From assembly GCA_943787745.1 (NCBI GenBank), contig CALSNJ010000002.1, positions 454,904-518,903 of the forward strand: 64,000 bases of DNA, written 5' to 3'. Below the pieces are notes generated by a model. It ran no database searches. It saw nothing but the letters and a program-made list of their open reading frames with translations, and was not told the origin of the DNA. This stretch comes from an uncultured Alphaproteobacteria bacterium. Its GTDB lineage: Bacteria > Pseudomonadota > Alphaproteobacteria > UBA6615. Below, piece by piece: positions 54,937-64,000 of the stretch. A program made the translations under genes and the position numbers. Every line of letters starts with the position of its first letter. Position 1 is the first letter of the stretch.

Positions 54937-56301
54937 TTGGGTCACAACGATAACCAATCCAGCCACCGGGTCGGGAAAGAACCGACACGCACCATAGTGC
55001 TGCAACCGGTGTTGCGAGAACGCGCTTCAGAAGCCCGTGGCGAGCGGGACCCCGAAATCCTCCTGGAGGAGACCGTGGGTCTTGCCCGGGCGATTTCACT
55101 TGATGTCGTGAGTTCGCGTGTCGTGGCGTTGAACAGGCCTCGGCCTGCAACCCTTTTTGGTCAAGGCGTGGTGGACGAAGTCCATGACCGTATTGAGGCT
55201 GAAGAGGCCGGTCTGGTTGTTGTTGGTGGTCCTTTGTCGCCGGTTCAGCAACGAAACCTGGAACGCGAGTGGTCTTGCAAGGTTATCGACCGAACGGGTC
55301 TGATTCTCGAGATTTTCGGAGAACGCGCACGCACGCGTGAAGGGCAACTTCAGGTGGAGTTGGCCGCTCTGACCTACCAGCGCAGTCGACTTGTCCGTTC
55401 CTGGACCCATCTGGAACGCCAGCGTGGCGGATTTGGTTTTGTCGGTGGTCCGGGTGAGAGCCAGATCGAACTCGATCGTCGGATGATTGACGAAAGAATT
55501 TCACGCCTGAAGCGCGAACTGGAGCAGGTCCGCCGAACACGTGGCCTTCACCGTCAGGCTCGCGAGCGTGTGCCCTATCCATTGATCGCACTCGTTGGAT
55601 ATACGAATGCGGGAAAATCGACACTCTTCAATCGTCTCACGCTTGCTGAAGTGTTTGCTGAGGATATGCTGTTTGCCACGCTTGATCCGACAATGCGGAG
55701 CCTCGTGCTCCCTTCGGGGCGCACGGCGATCCTGTCCGATACGGTCGGTTTCATATCTGAACTCCCCCATGATCTTGTGGCGGCGTTTCGCGCCACTTTG
55801 GAAGAGGTCGTTGCCGCCGACATTGTTCTGCATGTGAGAGATATTGCCGACCCTGACACCGAGGCCCAGGGGCAAGATGTCGAACAAATTCTCAAAAACC
55901 TGCTCGTAGACCGACAGGGCGAAGACGATGCGGACGGTGACACCAAGATGCCGGTGCAGATTGAGATTTTGAACAAGACCGACTTGCTATCACCCGACGA
56001 CCGGGATGCTATGACCGAACGCGCACGGCGTGAGCCCAACCTTGTGGTTGCCTCTGCGCTAAACGGTGATGGTTGTGCTGAATTGCTGTCGGTTATAGAC
56101 GCCGCGCTTGCGGAGTCAGATTCCGTGACAGATGTGGATGTTCCATTGAGTGACGGTGCCATGATGGCTTGGCTTTATGAGAAGGGCGAAGTGTTGTCAC
56201 GTGAGGATGATGGTCTGCAAAGCCGCGTCACCGTCCGATTGGCCCCCCGTGACCTTGCGCGTTTGCAAAAGCGGCAGCAAAAACCCGGTCAGGACAAGTG
56301 A
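54937..56301 (+). CDS. hflX: GTPase HflX
   Basis: G1 motif GYTNAGKSTLFN, hfq-hflX synteny. Confidence 0.92.
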   Translation: MGHNDNQSSHRVGKEPTRTIVLQPVLRERASEARGERDPEILLEETVGLARAISLDVVSSRVVALNRPRPATLFGQGVVDEVHDRIEAEEAGLVVVGGPLSPVQQRNLEREWSCKVIDRTGLILEIFGERARTREGQLQVELAALTYQRSRLVRSWTHLERQRGGFGFVGGPGESQIELDRRMIDERISRLKRELEQVRRTRGLHRQARERVPYPLIALVGYTNAGKSTLFNRLTLAEVFAEDMLFATLDPTMRSLVLPSGRTAILSDTVGFISELPHDLVAAFRATLEEVVAADIVLHVRDIADPDTEAQGQDVEQILKNLLVDRQGEDDADGDTKMPVQIEILNKTDLLSPDDRDAMTERARREPNLVVASALNGDGCAELLSVIDAALAESDSVTDVDVPLSDGAMMAWLYEKGEVLSREDDGLQSRVTVRLAPRDLARLQKRQQKPGQDK

Positions 56302-57098
56302 GCATTCTAAACATTAATTCCGAGCATGTGGTTGAGCTCATGAGAGCTGCCGCTGCAGATATAATCATGCCGCGTTTCCAGTCGCTGCAGGAGGGTGAGA
56401 TTGATGAGAAGGATGGTGGAGAGCTTGTCACAATTGCCGATATCGAAACCGAAAAATGGCTGACAGCTCGGCTCCCTGACCTTTTGCCGGGCAGCGTTGT
56501 CGTGGGTGAGGAAGCTGTATTTGCTGACAAGGATCTGTTCAGTCGGTTGGCCGGTGAAGATCCGGTTTGGGTCATCGACCCCATCGACGGAACATGGAAT
56601 TTCGCCCATGGGCGCGAGACCTTCGCCATTCTGATTGCGCTTGTGTATCGGGGAGATGTCATCTCAGGCTGGGTCTACGAGCCTGTGTTGGGCACCACGG
56701 TGACGGGAAGCCGTGGCGAAGGTGTTCTGTTTGACGGAAATCCGGTCCGATTGAATGAACGGAAGCGAAAAGATGAAGTGATCGGGACCGCCGCACGGTA
56801 TTTGTTTGAGCGCGCTGAAAAACGGACCGATATCATCCAGCAGATTTACCGGCCCAATTGCGCCGGCCACGAGTATGTCCTGATCCTCTCGGGTGAACGG
56901 TCATTTTCGGCTTACACGAAACTTTTGCCCTGGGATCATGCGGCAGGCAGCTTCCTTGTCCGCGAGGCTGGGGGCTTCAGTGGGCTGCTCGATCACGGTG
57001 TTTATGATCTGGCTCACCCAAGCGGCGACTTGCTCACGGCGGAGAGCCCTGAGATGTGGCACAACATACGCGACGTCCTCGATCACAAGGGCGCATAG
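56298..57098 (+). CDS. inositol monophosphatase family protein (IMPase / possible 3'(2'),5'-bisphosphate nucleotidase)
   Basis: Motifs WVIDPIDGT and WDHAAG typical of the Li-sensitive phosphatase superfamily. Confidence 0.8.
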   Translation: MSILNINSEHVVELMRAAAADIIMPRFQSLQEGEIDEKDGGELVTIADIETEKWLTARLPDLLPGSVVVGEEAVFADKDLFSRLAGEDPVWVIDPIDGTWNFAHGRETFAILIALVYRGDVISGWVYEPVLGTTVTGSRGEGVLFDGNPVRLNERKRKDEVIGTAARYLFERAEKRTDIIQQIYRPNCAGHEYVLILSGERSFSAYTKLLPWDHAAGSFLVREAGGFSGLLDHGVYDLAHPSGDLLTAESPEMWHNIRDVLDHKGA

Positions 57099-57116
57099 AT
57101 AACGAAGGGGCATGTC

Positions 57117-57995
57117 ATGTCCGAAACGATGAAAACCGCATTCATAGGCCTGGGCGTCATGGGCTACCCAATGGCCGGATATCTCGGAAAATCCGGACAT
57201 GACGTGGCCGTCTACAACCGGACGGCGGCAAAGGCAGAGAAATGGGCGGGCGCGCATGCAGGCGCAGCCTTTGCGACACCACGTGAAGCCGCCAATGGTT
57301 GCGATATCGTCTTTGTCTGCGTGGGCAATGACGACGATGTGCGCAGTGTTGTTCTCGGTGACGATGGCGTGCTGGCGGGCATGACCAAGGGATCGATTCT
57401 GGTGGATCACACCACCGCATCTGCCGACCTCGCCCGTGAACTCGCGGCGATCTGCGCCGAAGCGGGCATCGGTTTCCTTGATGCCCCTGTATCTGGCGGG
57501 CAAGCCGGAGCAGAAAATGGTGCTTTGACGGTTATGGTTGGTGGCGAGCAGGCGATTTTTGATCGCGCCGCACCAGTGATCGATGCCTATTCACAAGCCT
57601 GCACACTGATCGGCCCGGCTGGCTCAGGGCAGTTGGCAAAGATGGTCAATCAGATTTGTATCGCCGGCGTTGTTCAGGGGCTTTCAGAGGCTGTGAATTT
57701 CGGCATGAAGGCGGGGCTGGATATGGAGAAGGTGATCGGGACGATTTCCAAGGGCGCGGCGCAAAGCTGGCAGATGGAAAATCGCTGGGAAACCATGGTC
57801 GAAGGTAAGTTTGACTATGGTTTCGCCGTCGACTGGATGCGCAAGGATCTGGGGATTTGTCTTGCCGAGGCAGAACGCAGTAACGCGCGCCTGCCGACAA
57901 CGGCGTTGATTGATCAGTTCTATGCGCAGGTACAGGCCCGTGGGGGGGCGCGTTGGGATACATCCAGTCTGGTTCACCTGTTGGCCAACGACTAG
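57117..57995 (+). CDS. NAD(P)-dependent oxidoreductase of the 3-hydroxyisobutyrate dehydrogenase family
   Basis: N-terminal Rossmann motif AFIGLGVMGYPMAGYL, 292 aa. Confidence 0.85.
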   Translation: MSETMKTAFIGLGVMGYPMAGYLGKSGHDVAVYNRTAAKAEKWAGAHAGAAFATPREAANGCDIVFVCVGNDDDVRSVVLGDDGVLAGMTKGSILVDHTTASADLARELAAICAEAGIGFLDAPVSGGQAGAENGALTVMVGGEQAIFDRAAPVIDAYSQACTLIGPAGSGQLAKMVNQICIAGVVQGLSEAVNFGMKAGLDMEKVIGTISKGAAQSWQMENRWETMVEGKFDYGFAVDWMRKDLGICLAEAERSNARLPTTALIDQFYAQVQARGGARWDTSSLVHLLAND

Positions 57996-60091
57996 TCGAT
58001 GCTGGTGCGTCCCTCCAGACCATCAAGCAACGGCTGCAATTCATCCTCGTAAGATTTCCAGCGCGCGAGCGAAGAACGGTAGATCGGTTGCCGAACCTGC
58101 ACATTGCTGCGCGTCCGTACATTGCGCTGCGTCTTGTGGAACTCAAGGCAGGCTGATTCCCAGTCGAGGCCGCAGAATGAAAGCATCTTGCGCGACCAGT
58201 TTTCCTGATCCTCCACGACGCTTTCATAAGCAACATCCAGAATGCGGCCGGGCAGGACCCTGTGCCAGTGCGCCATCAGGCGTTCGTACTCGCGGTAATA
58301 AAGTCCAAGATTGTTAAGGTCATAAGAGTAGGGATGACTGCCAGCGAAATCTCCAAAGAAGATCGACAGACAGGTGTCCCGCGGATCGCGCTGACAGTGA
58401 ATGATCTGAGCCTTGGGAAACAGGCTGGCGATCAGACCGATATGATGGAAGTTGCCGGGCATCTTATCGACAATCCGCATGGCCTTTGGGTCGGTATGGC
58501 GAAGGTCGCGCAGAAAATCCTCTGCGATTTGCTGTGAGTGCTCGGATGTGAGGCTATCCAAACAATCGGGATAGGCGCGGCTGTCATTCACCAGCCGTCC
58601 CAGATGATCGGCAAGCTGGAGCACGTTCTCACGCTCACCGGCGCCGTGGACAAGGGAATGACTGGCGAGAATTTGCTCAACGAGGGATGTCCCGGAGCGC
58701 GGCATTCCGATCACAAAAACGGGGATGTCGGTGTCACTACCGTTGGCTGTGGTTCTCTTGAAGTGTTCTTCATCGAAGGTGGTGATCAGCCGATCGACAA
58801 AACCGCGATAGGTCTCGATATCGAATGCGACATCCTTGAGCAGGTTCCCGCGCCGATAATGGGCAAACCCGGCCTTGTGAGAGTTGCAGTTGATATGGGC
58901 AGCGCCCGCCGCCATTTCGAGCACGGACCGTCGTGTTGCCAGAACATCCGGGTTGGCAAGCGCACCTGTCAGCGCTTCAAATGCTGCATCGGCAGGGTTT
59001 AGGTCTTTGAGGTTGCCAAGTTCGCGCAATGCTCCGGCATGATCAGGCGCAAGCAATATGGTGCGGTGAAACCAGAGCTTTGCTTCGTTGACCTGGCCGG
59101 CATCGACCAGTGCACGGGCCCGCCCATAATGGGCCTCCACAGACCGGGGAAATTGCTCCAGCACCACATCGAAGTCCGAGATGGCGCGCTGGCTTTGCCC
59201 GGCCCGGTAACGTGCCCAGCCGAGCGACAGCAGGTATCGAAGGTTTTCCGGTGCTTCTGCGTGCAGTGCCTCGAGATAACGCAACGCATCGTCATGGCGT
59301 GCCATCCGGCTGAGCGTTCGCCCGTAGTCGCATCGGATATCAGGGTTGCGTGGCGCCAATGTATGAGCATCCTTCAGGTGGGCCTCGGACAGGATAAAAT
59401 TTTCTGCCTCGAAGGCCAGGCGTCCCATCGCATGCAAAGGTCCGGCGGCATCTGGCGTCAGGCCATTTGCATGAGAAAATTCGTTATATGCGGAAATATG
59501 CTGACCTTTGCATTCAAGGCGTTGGGCAAGCTTCATGGCCACCTTGTAGTCACGGGTATGGCTGGATCTGGTGATATTCGTGAGGCGTTCCGTCCAGCGA
59601 ACTCTCTTCATATCCAATCGATCAAAAAACCGCCCGGCCACGTGCCGTCTCAATAGTGAAAGTGCGTGTTTTTGGCAGGTTGCGGATTCTTCGGTGCGCC
59701 CGAGTTGTCGAAGGGTCGTGGATATCCCGAGGGCCGCCTCGTGGGAAAGCGGTGTCAGGATCAGGGCGTTCTGGAAATGCGTGAGTGCCCGTTCGGCGTC
59801 ACCTGTTTTCATAAGAGCCTGCCCCAGTGCAAGTCGATATGGGGCATAACCGCGACGCATCTCAACAGCACGTCGAAGATGAGGAATGGCAAGATCTGTC
59901 TTTCCACCTCGCAGGGCGGCAATGCCCATCAGGAACCAGGCATCCGACTGGTCTGGATGTTCATCAACGATAGTTTGGCAGGCTTGTTCTGCCTGATCAT
60001 ATTGCCCAACACGAACGGCCGAACGTGCATCGTTCAGCAACGTGAGAGGGTTCGGTTTATCGGAGGTGGCGTCGAGCGCGATCGTGTCCAT
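57992..60091 (-). CDS. tetratricopeptide-repeat protein with C-terminal PAPS-dependent sulfotransferase domain
   Basis: N-terminal ~400 aa of TPR-like repeats; C-terminal 5'-PSB motif VIGMPRSGTSLVEQIL and 3'-PB-like RDPRDTCLS. Confidence 0.8.
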   Translation of the reverse strand: MDTIALDATSDKPNPLTLLNDARSAVRVGQYDQAEQACQTIVDEHPDQSDAWFLMGIAALRGGKTDLAIPHLRRAVEMRRGYAPYRLALGQALMKTGDAERALTHFQNALILTPLSHEAALGISTTLRQLGRTEESATCQKHALSLLRRHVAGRFFDRLDMKRVRWTERLTNITRSSHTRDYKVAMKLAQRLECKGQHISAYNEFSHANGLTPDAAGPLHAMGRLAFEAENFILSEAHLKDAHTLAPRNPDIRCDYGRTLSRMARHDDALRYLEALHAEAPENLRYLLSLGWARYRAGQSQRAISDFDVVLEQFPRSVEAHYGRARALVDAGQVNEAKLWFHRTILLAPDHAGALRELGNLKDLNPADAAFEALTGALANPDVLATRRSVLEMAAGAAHINCNSHKAGFAHYRRGNLLKDVAFDIETYRGFVDRLITTFDEEHFKRTTANGSDTDIPVFVIGMPRSGTSLVEQILASHSLVHGAGERENVLQLADHLGRLVNDSRAYPDCLDSLTSEHSQQIAEDFLRDLRHTDPKAMRIVDKMPGNFHHIGLIASLFPKAQIIHCQRDPRDTCLSIFFGDFAGSHPYSYDLNNLGLYYREYERLMAHWHRVLPGRILDVAYESVVEDQENWSRKMLSFCGLDWESACLEFHKTQRNVRTRSNVQVRQPIYRSSLARWKSYEDELQPLLDGLEGRTSID

Positions 60092-60226
60092 GCAGTATCT
60101 CTCCCGATTTCTGACACACGCGTGGGCAATCCCAAGTATGTCTATCGTAGAGAAGGGTAGCGGACCTGAAGACTTTGGGGCCGAGTTTCGGTAGCAATTT
60201 TAGATAGTTGAACCGAATTATTCGTC

Positions 60227-61031
60227 TCAAACTTTATCGGTCTTCGCGGCTTGCCAGCGTCGCTCGTATTCATCAATTCCAACTTCCCCCCAAAGAATGC
60301 CGTCATTTCTCAGGGAGGCTTCAACATGCCGGAACCGGGTTTCAAACTTGGTATTGGTTCCGCGCAACGCGAATTCGGGGTCGATCTTCAGGTGTCGTGC
60401 GAGATTGACAGAAGAGAACAGGACATCTCCCATTTCGTCGGACAGGCGTTCGGGACTGCCGCCCTGTTGCATCTCTTCTTTGAGTTCGGCGATCTCTTCT
60501 TCAAGCTTTGCCAAAACTGGCGCGATGGTGTCCCAGTCAAATCCCACACGTGCGGCACGCTTTTGAAGTTTTTCAGCCCGGGTGAGGGCCGGAAAGCCGA
60601 CCGGCACATCGTCGAGCACGCTCGCATTCTCGCCACGGCTTGAAGCTTTTTCGGCCCGTTCTTCAGCTTTCAGGGTTTCCCAGGCGTCCCGCAGGCTTTC
60701 CTCGGAGCTATGGTTTTCCTTGTCGAAAACATGGGGATGTCGACGGACAAGTTTATCGGCGATCGCGCCGGCGACATCCTCGAAATCAAAGGATTCTTCT
60801 TCTTCGAGCCATACGTGCGTGAAAGACGACCTGAAGCAGCAAATCGCCGAGTTCCTCGCGCAGCGCAGATCGGTCATCACGCTCAATGGCATCGGCAACC
60901 TCATAGGCTTCCTCGACGGTGTAGCGCGCGATAGATGCGAAGTCCTGCTTCACATCCCAAGGGCAACCATTCTCCGGGTCGCGCAAGCGCGCCATAATGT
61001 CGATCAGTCGGTCGATGTTGCGCGCGCTCAT
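60227..61031 (-). pseudogene. mazG: nucleoside triphosphate pyrophosphohydrolase MazG, interrupted by a +1 frameshift near 60806 (or a sequencing error)
   Basis: N-terminal part (...[32 protein letters not shown]...[16 protein letters not shown]) is in one frame, the remainder ([27 protein letters not shown]...) in another; junction within ATGGCTCGAAGAAGAAGAATCC. Confidence 0.65.
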
Positions 61032-61160
61032 TGTCTGATCGTTCCTGCAGATTGATATGGGACACGCTAAAAATGCCCGGCATCATCGATTCCAGATATA
61101 GATAATTTGAAACCAGATTGTTCTCATGAGCAACGAGGTTTGAGCAATCAGGAGGAACAA

Positions 61161-61442
61161 GTGCTTTACTTCATCCATCGCGTCGACAAACCCGGCGTCC
61201 ACGAACTGCGGATGGCAACGCGCCCCGCGCATATGGAATTTGCCGAGGGTCTCGGTGACACACTTTATTTTGCTGGCCCGACGATGAACGATGATGGTGA
61301 AATGAACGGTAGTGTTTGGATTATTGAGGCATCGGACCGCGCTGAAGCCGAGGCGATCACGGCAAACGACCCTTATGAGAAGGTCGATCTCTTCGAAACC
61401 AAGGTCATCCGCCGGTTTGTGCGAACTGCCGGCACGGCCTGA
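61161..61442 (+). CDS. YciI family protein
   Basis: 93 aa from GTG at 61161 preceded by AGGAGG RBS; YciI-like ferredoxin-fold motifs (HRV...RP.H ... GP). Confidence 0.75.
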   Translation: MLYFIHRVDKPGVHELRMATRPAHMEFAEGLGDTLYFAGPTMNDDGEMNGSVWIIEASDRAEAEAITANDPYEKVDLFETKVIRRFVRTAGTA

Positions 61443-61465
61443 CCCAAAGCAGGTGGTATCACGAC

Positions 61466-63793
61466 ATGAATGGTTCTCACGGTATCGCCCAGCCGGTCCG
61501 GCGGCGCGAAGATGTCAGACTTCTGACCGGGCAGGGGCGCTTTGCAGATGATGTCAGCCAGCAGGGACAGCTCTATGCGGCATTCGTCAGATCACCTGTT
61601 GCCCATGGCATCATCCGGAACGTCAACCTTGCGGCCGCGTCCGCCGCAGCTGGGGTTGTCGATGTTTTTACGGGAGATGATCTTGCTGCCGCGGGAATCG
61701 GCCATATCGTGGCCCGCTGGCCCAAGTACCAGTCGGCTCAAATCCAGTCAGCACGACCTTTGCACACACCGCGCCCCGGACTGGCGCAGGGCAAGGTACG
61801 CCATGTCGGAGAGGCCGTCGTCATGGTGGTCGCAGAGACCCTCGGTCAGGCGCGGGGTGCAGCAGATCTGGTCACTCTGGAGATCGACGAATTACCTGCG
61901 GCGGTGACGATCGCCGACGCAATTGCGCCGGGCGCGCCCGAGGTTTGGGAAGACGCACCGGGTAACATTGGGCAGGTCTGGCACCGCGGTGATCGGCAGG
62001 CAGCTGACGATGCCTTCAGCAAAGCATCCCATGTTTCTCATCTGTCTCTCATCAACAACCGCATTGTCGCGACCCCGATGGAACCCCGGACAAGCCTTGC
62101 AAGCTGGGATGGGGAATCGGAGCGCTTCACCCTCGTGGCCTCTAGTCAGGGTGTGCAGTACTTCATGGAAATTCTGTGTGAACAGGTATTTGACATTCCA
62201 CGCACGCAGATGCGCGTGTTGTCGGGTGATGTCGGCGGTGGATTTGGTGCCAAAGAGCAACCATTGCCCGAAGATATTGCGATTTTGTTTGCAGCGCGCG
62301 CGCTTGATCGTCCGGTGAAATGGACCGGGACGCGATCAGAACACTTTCTGGGTGATCCACATGCCCGTGACGCGCGGATCGAGGCCTCGCTTGCGCTTGA
62401 TGAAGCGGGTAATTTTCTTGCGCTTCGCGTCGCGGTCGATGACGCCATGGGGGCTTATTATGCCTGCAACGGAACCGGGATGCCGCTGCGCAACATGCCC
62501 AATGGTCTGGCGCTGGTTTATCAGACACCCGTGATTGATATCGATGTGCGTCTTGTTCTCACACACACCAACTCTGTGGGGCCGTACCGCGGGGCAGGAC
62601 GTGAGCAGGCCTCCTATATTGTGGAACGCTTGGTGGATCAGGCAGCGCGGGAAACCGGACACGATCCGATTGCGCTGCGACGCCGGAATATGATCTCGCC
62701 TGACCTGATGCCTTATGCAACGCCGGTTGATCGTGTTTATGATTCCGGTGAGTTCGAGACCGTTCTCGACAAGACGATCGCCTTGTCGGATTGGGATGGC
62801 TTTGCGGCCCGCCGCGTTGAAAGCGAGAAGGCGGGGAAAATCCGTGGTCGCGGTATTGCATCCTATCTGGAGTGCATCGGCGGCTTCCCGCATGAAGGTG
62901 CCAGGGTTGAGTTTTGCGAAGACGGCTCTGTGGACCTTGTGGTGGCGACCCAAAGCCAGGGCCAGGGTCACGAAACGAGTTTTGTCCAGGTGATCGCGGA
63001 CCGGCTGGGGCTTCCGTTCGACGCGGTCAATCTGCGTCAGGGTGACAGCGATATCGCACCGCTTGGTATTGCGACGATTGCCTCACGTTCGATGACCATG
63101 GCCGGTTCGGCAATCGCGCTGACCTGTGATGCGGTGATCGAAAAAGGGCGATTGGCGGCCGCCCACCTTCTTGAAGCATCTGAAGCCGATATTGAGTTCG
63201 TTTCGGGCATGTTCCGCGTCACCGGTACGGATCGTGAGGTTTCGCTTCTCGATCTATCTGCTCAGGTTAGGACACTGCAGATCGCTGGTGTCCCCAACAG
63301 TCTCGACTCTGCCGAAGAGTTCGATGCGCCCGAGCAGTATTTCCCCAACGGATGTCATATCTGCGAGCTGGAGATTGATCCTGACACCGGTGTGGTGAGG
63401 GTTGAAAGCTATTCCGCTGTCGATGACTGCGGGACCGTCATCAATCCGCCTATTGTACACGGTCAGGTCCATGGCGGCGTTGTGCAGGGAATTGGGCAGG
63501 CGCTGATGGAACAAATCGTTTTCGATCGGGAAACAGGTCAGCTTCTGACTGGATCGTTCATGGACTACACGATGCCCCGCGCGGTCGATCAGCCACATAT
63601 GAATGTCGATTTTCACGAAGTCCCGTCACCAGCGAACCCGCTGGGGGTCAAGGGCATTGGCGAGGCGGGGATCGTGGGTGCGTTGCCCGCCATCATGAAT
63701 GCGCTCGAGGATGCTCTGGCGACCTGCGGCGCAAGGGTGGATTTTGATATGCCGGCAACGTCCGAGAAAGTCTGGCGCGCGCTCAATCGTTGA
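61466..63793 (+). CDS. xanthine dehydrogenase family protein, molybdopterin-binding (large) subunit
   Basis: 775 aa with aldehyde oxidase/XDH a/b hammerhead and Mo-cofactor binding domains (e.g. GGGFG, ...GVKGIGEAG near the C-terminus). Confidence 0.85.
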   Translation: MNGSHGIAQPVRRREDVRLLTGQGRFADDVSQQGQLYAAFVRSPVAHGIIRNVNLAAASAAAGVVDVFTGDDLAAAGIGHIVARWPKYQSAQIQSARPLHTPRPGLAQGKVRHVGEAVVMVVAETLGQARGAADLVTLEIDELPAAVTIADAIAPGAPEVWEDAPGNIGQVWHRGDRQAADDAFSKASHVSHLSLINNRIVATPMEPRTSLASWDGESERFTLVASSQGVQYFMEILCEQVFDIPRTQMRVLSGDVGGGFGAKEQPLPEDIAILFAARALDRPVKWTGTRSEHFLGDPHARDARIEASLALDEAGNFLALRVAVDDAMGAYYACNGTGMPLRNMPNGLALVYQTPVIDIDVRLVLTHTNSVGPYRGAGREQASYIVERLVDQAARETGHDPIALRRRNMISPDLMPYATPVDRVYDSGEFETVLDKTIALSDWDGFAARRVESEKAGKIRGRGIASYLECIGGFPHEGARVEFCEDGSVDLVVATQSQGQGHETSFVQVIADRLGLPFDAVNLRQGDSDIAPLGIATIASRSMTMAGSAIALTCDAVIEKGRLAAAHLLEASEADIEFVSGMFRVTGTDREVSLLDLSAQVRTLQIAGVPNSLDSAEEFDAPEQYFPNGCHICELEIDPDTGVVRVESYSAVDDCGTVINPPIVHGQVHGGVVQGIGQALMEQIVFDRETGQLLTGSFMDYTMPRAVDQPHMNVDFHEVPSPANPLGVKGIGEAGIVGALPAIMNALEDALATCGARVDFDMPATSEKVWRALNR

Positions 63794-63846
63794 GCACAAG
63801 CGACACACGGCTTAGGGTTTGGGTGAAACAGGAAAGGACCTGAGAG

Positions 63847-64000
63847 ATGTCGGATGTCGTCACCAAACGCGTGCGTGAACGCGATAAGCGGAACTATCGA
63901 CATATCGAGGTGCGGCCCTTTGCCCCGAATTTGGGCGCCGAAATCCGTGGGATCGACCTTGCTGAAGGATTGAACGAAGAGCAGTTCGAAGAAGTGCACC
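63847..64000 (+). CDS. TauD/TfdA family alpha-ketoglutarate-dependent dioxygenase, 5' partial (continues beyond window)
   Basis: N-terminus RHIEVRPFAPNLGAEIRGIDL resembles taurine dioxygenase family starts. Confidence 0.5.
   Translation, partial: MSDVVTKRVRERDKRNYRHIEVRPFAPNLGAEIRGIDLAEGLNEEQFEEVH

Overview
This is a high-GC (~58%) alphaproteobacterial chromosomal segment dominated by conserved core genes in their usual syntenic blocks. I did not detect any rRNA, tRNA, CRISPR array, IS element, integrase or phage gene.

The main blocks, in order, are:
- a partial uppS 3' end, then cdsA-dxr-rseP-bamA-skp-lpxD-fabZ-lpxA-lpxI-lpxB (envelope and lipid A cluster, with lpxI rather than lpxH);
- gloA, a cupin gene, and gltA/gltX on the minus strand, then comEC and lexA convergent, with a canonical GTTC-N7-GTTC SOS box upstream of lexA;
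- a long minus-strand run with ATGA-type start/stop overlaps, ppiD-trpE ... trpG-trpD-trpC-moaC-(membrane ORF)-moeA, interrupted by a plus-strand pair (YibQ-like divergent polysaccharide deacetylase plus a 116-aa acidic hypothetical);
- tpiA-secG-pyrG-kdsA-eno-ftsB-pdhA-pdhB (N-terminal lipoyl domain)-pdhC-lpdA-lipA;
- pgpA-ispDF divergent from a membrane protein, then dusB-ntrB-ntrC-ntrY-ntrX-trkA-dat-hfq-hflX;
- an IMPase-family gene, an HIBADH-like gene, a TPR-sulfotransferase, a frameshifted mazG, yciI, an orphan xanthine-dehydrogenase-family Mo subunit, and a partial TauD-like gene at the window end.

I could not find a compelling complete novel multi-gene system. The most unusual things visible by eye are:
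1. a 117-nt perfectly nested palindrome forming a cloverleaf-like four-way junction at the 3' end of trpE;
2. a ~90-bp imperfect palindrome between comEC and lexA;
3. a low-GC 146-aa membrane ORF whose stop codon lies inside the lexA SOS box;
4. a conserved-looking membrane ORF translationally coupled between moaC and moeA;
5. a +1 frameshift in mazG inside a GAA/AGA repeat;
6. a TPR-sulfotransferase whose neighbourhood includes an IMPase/CysQ-family phosphatase.
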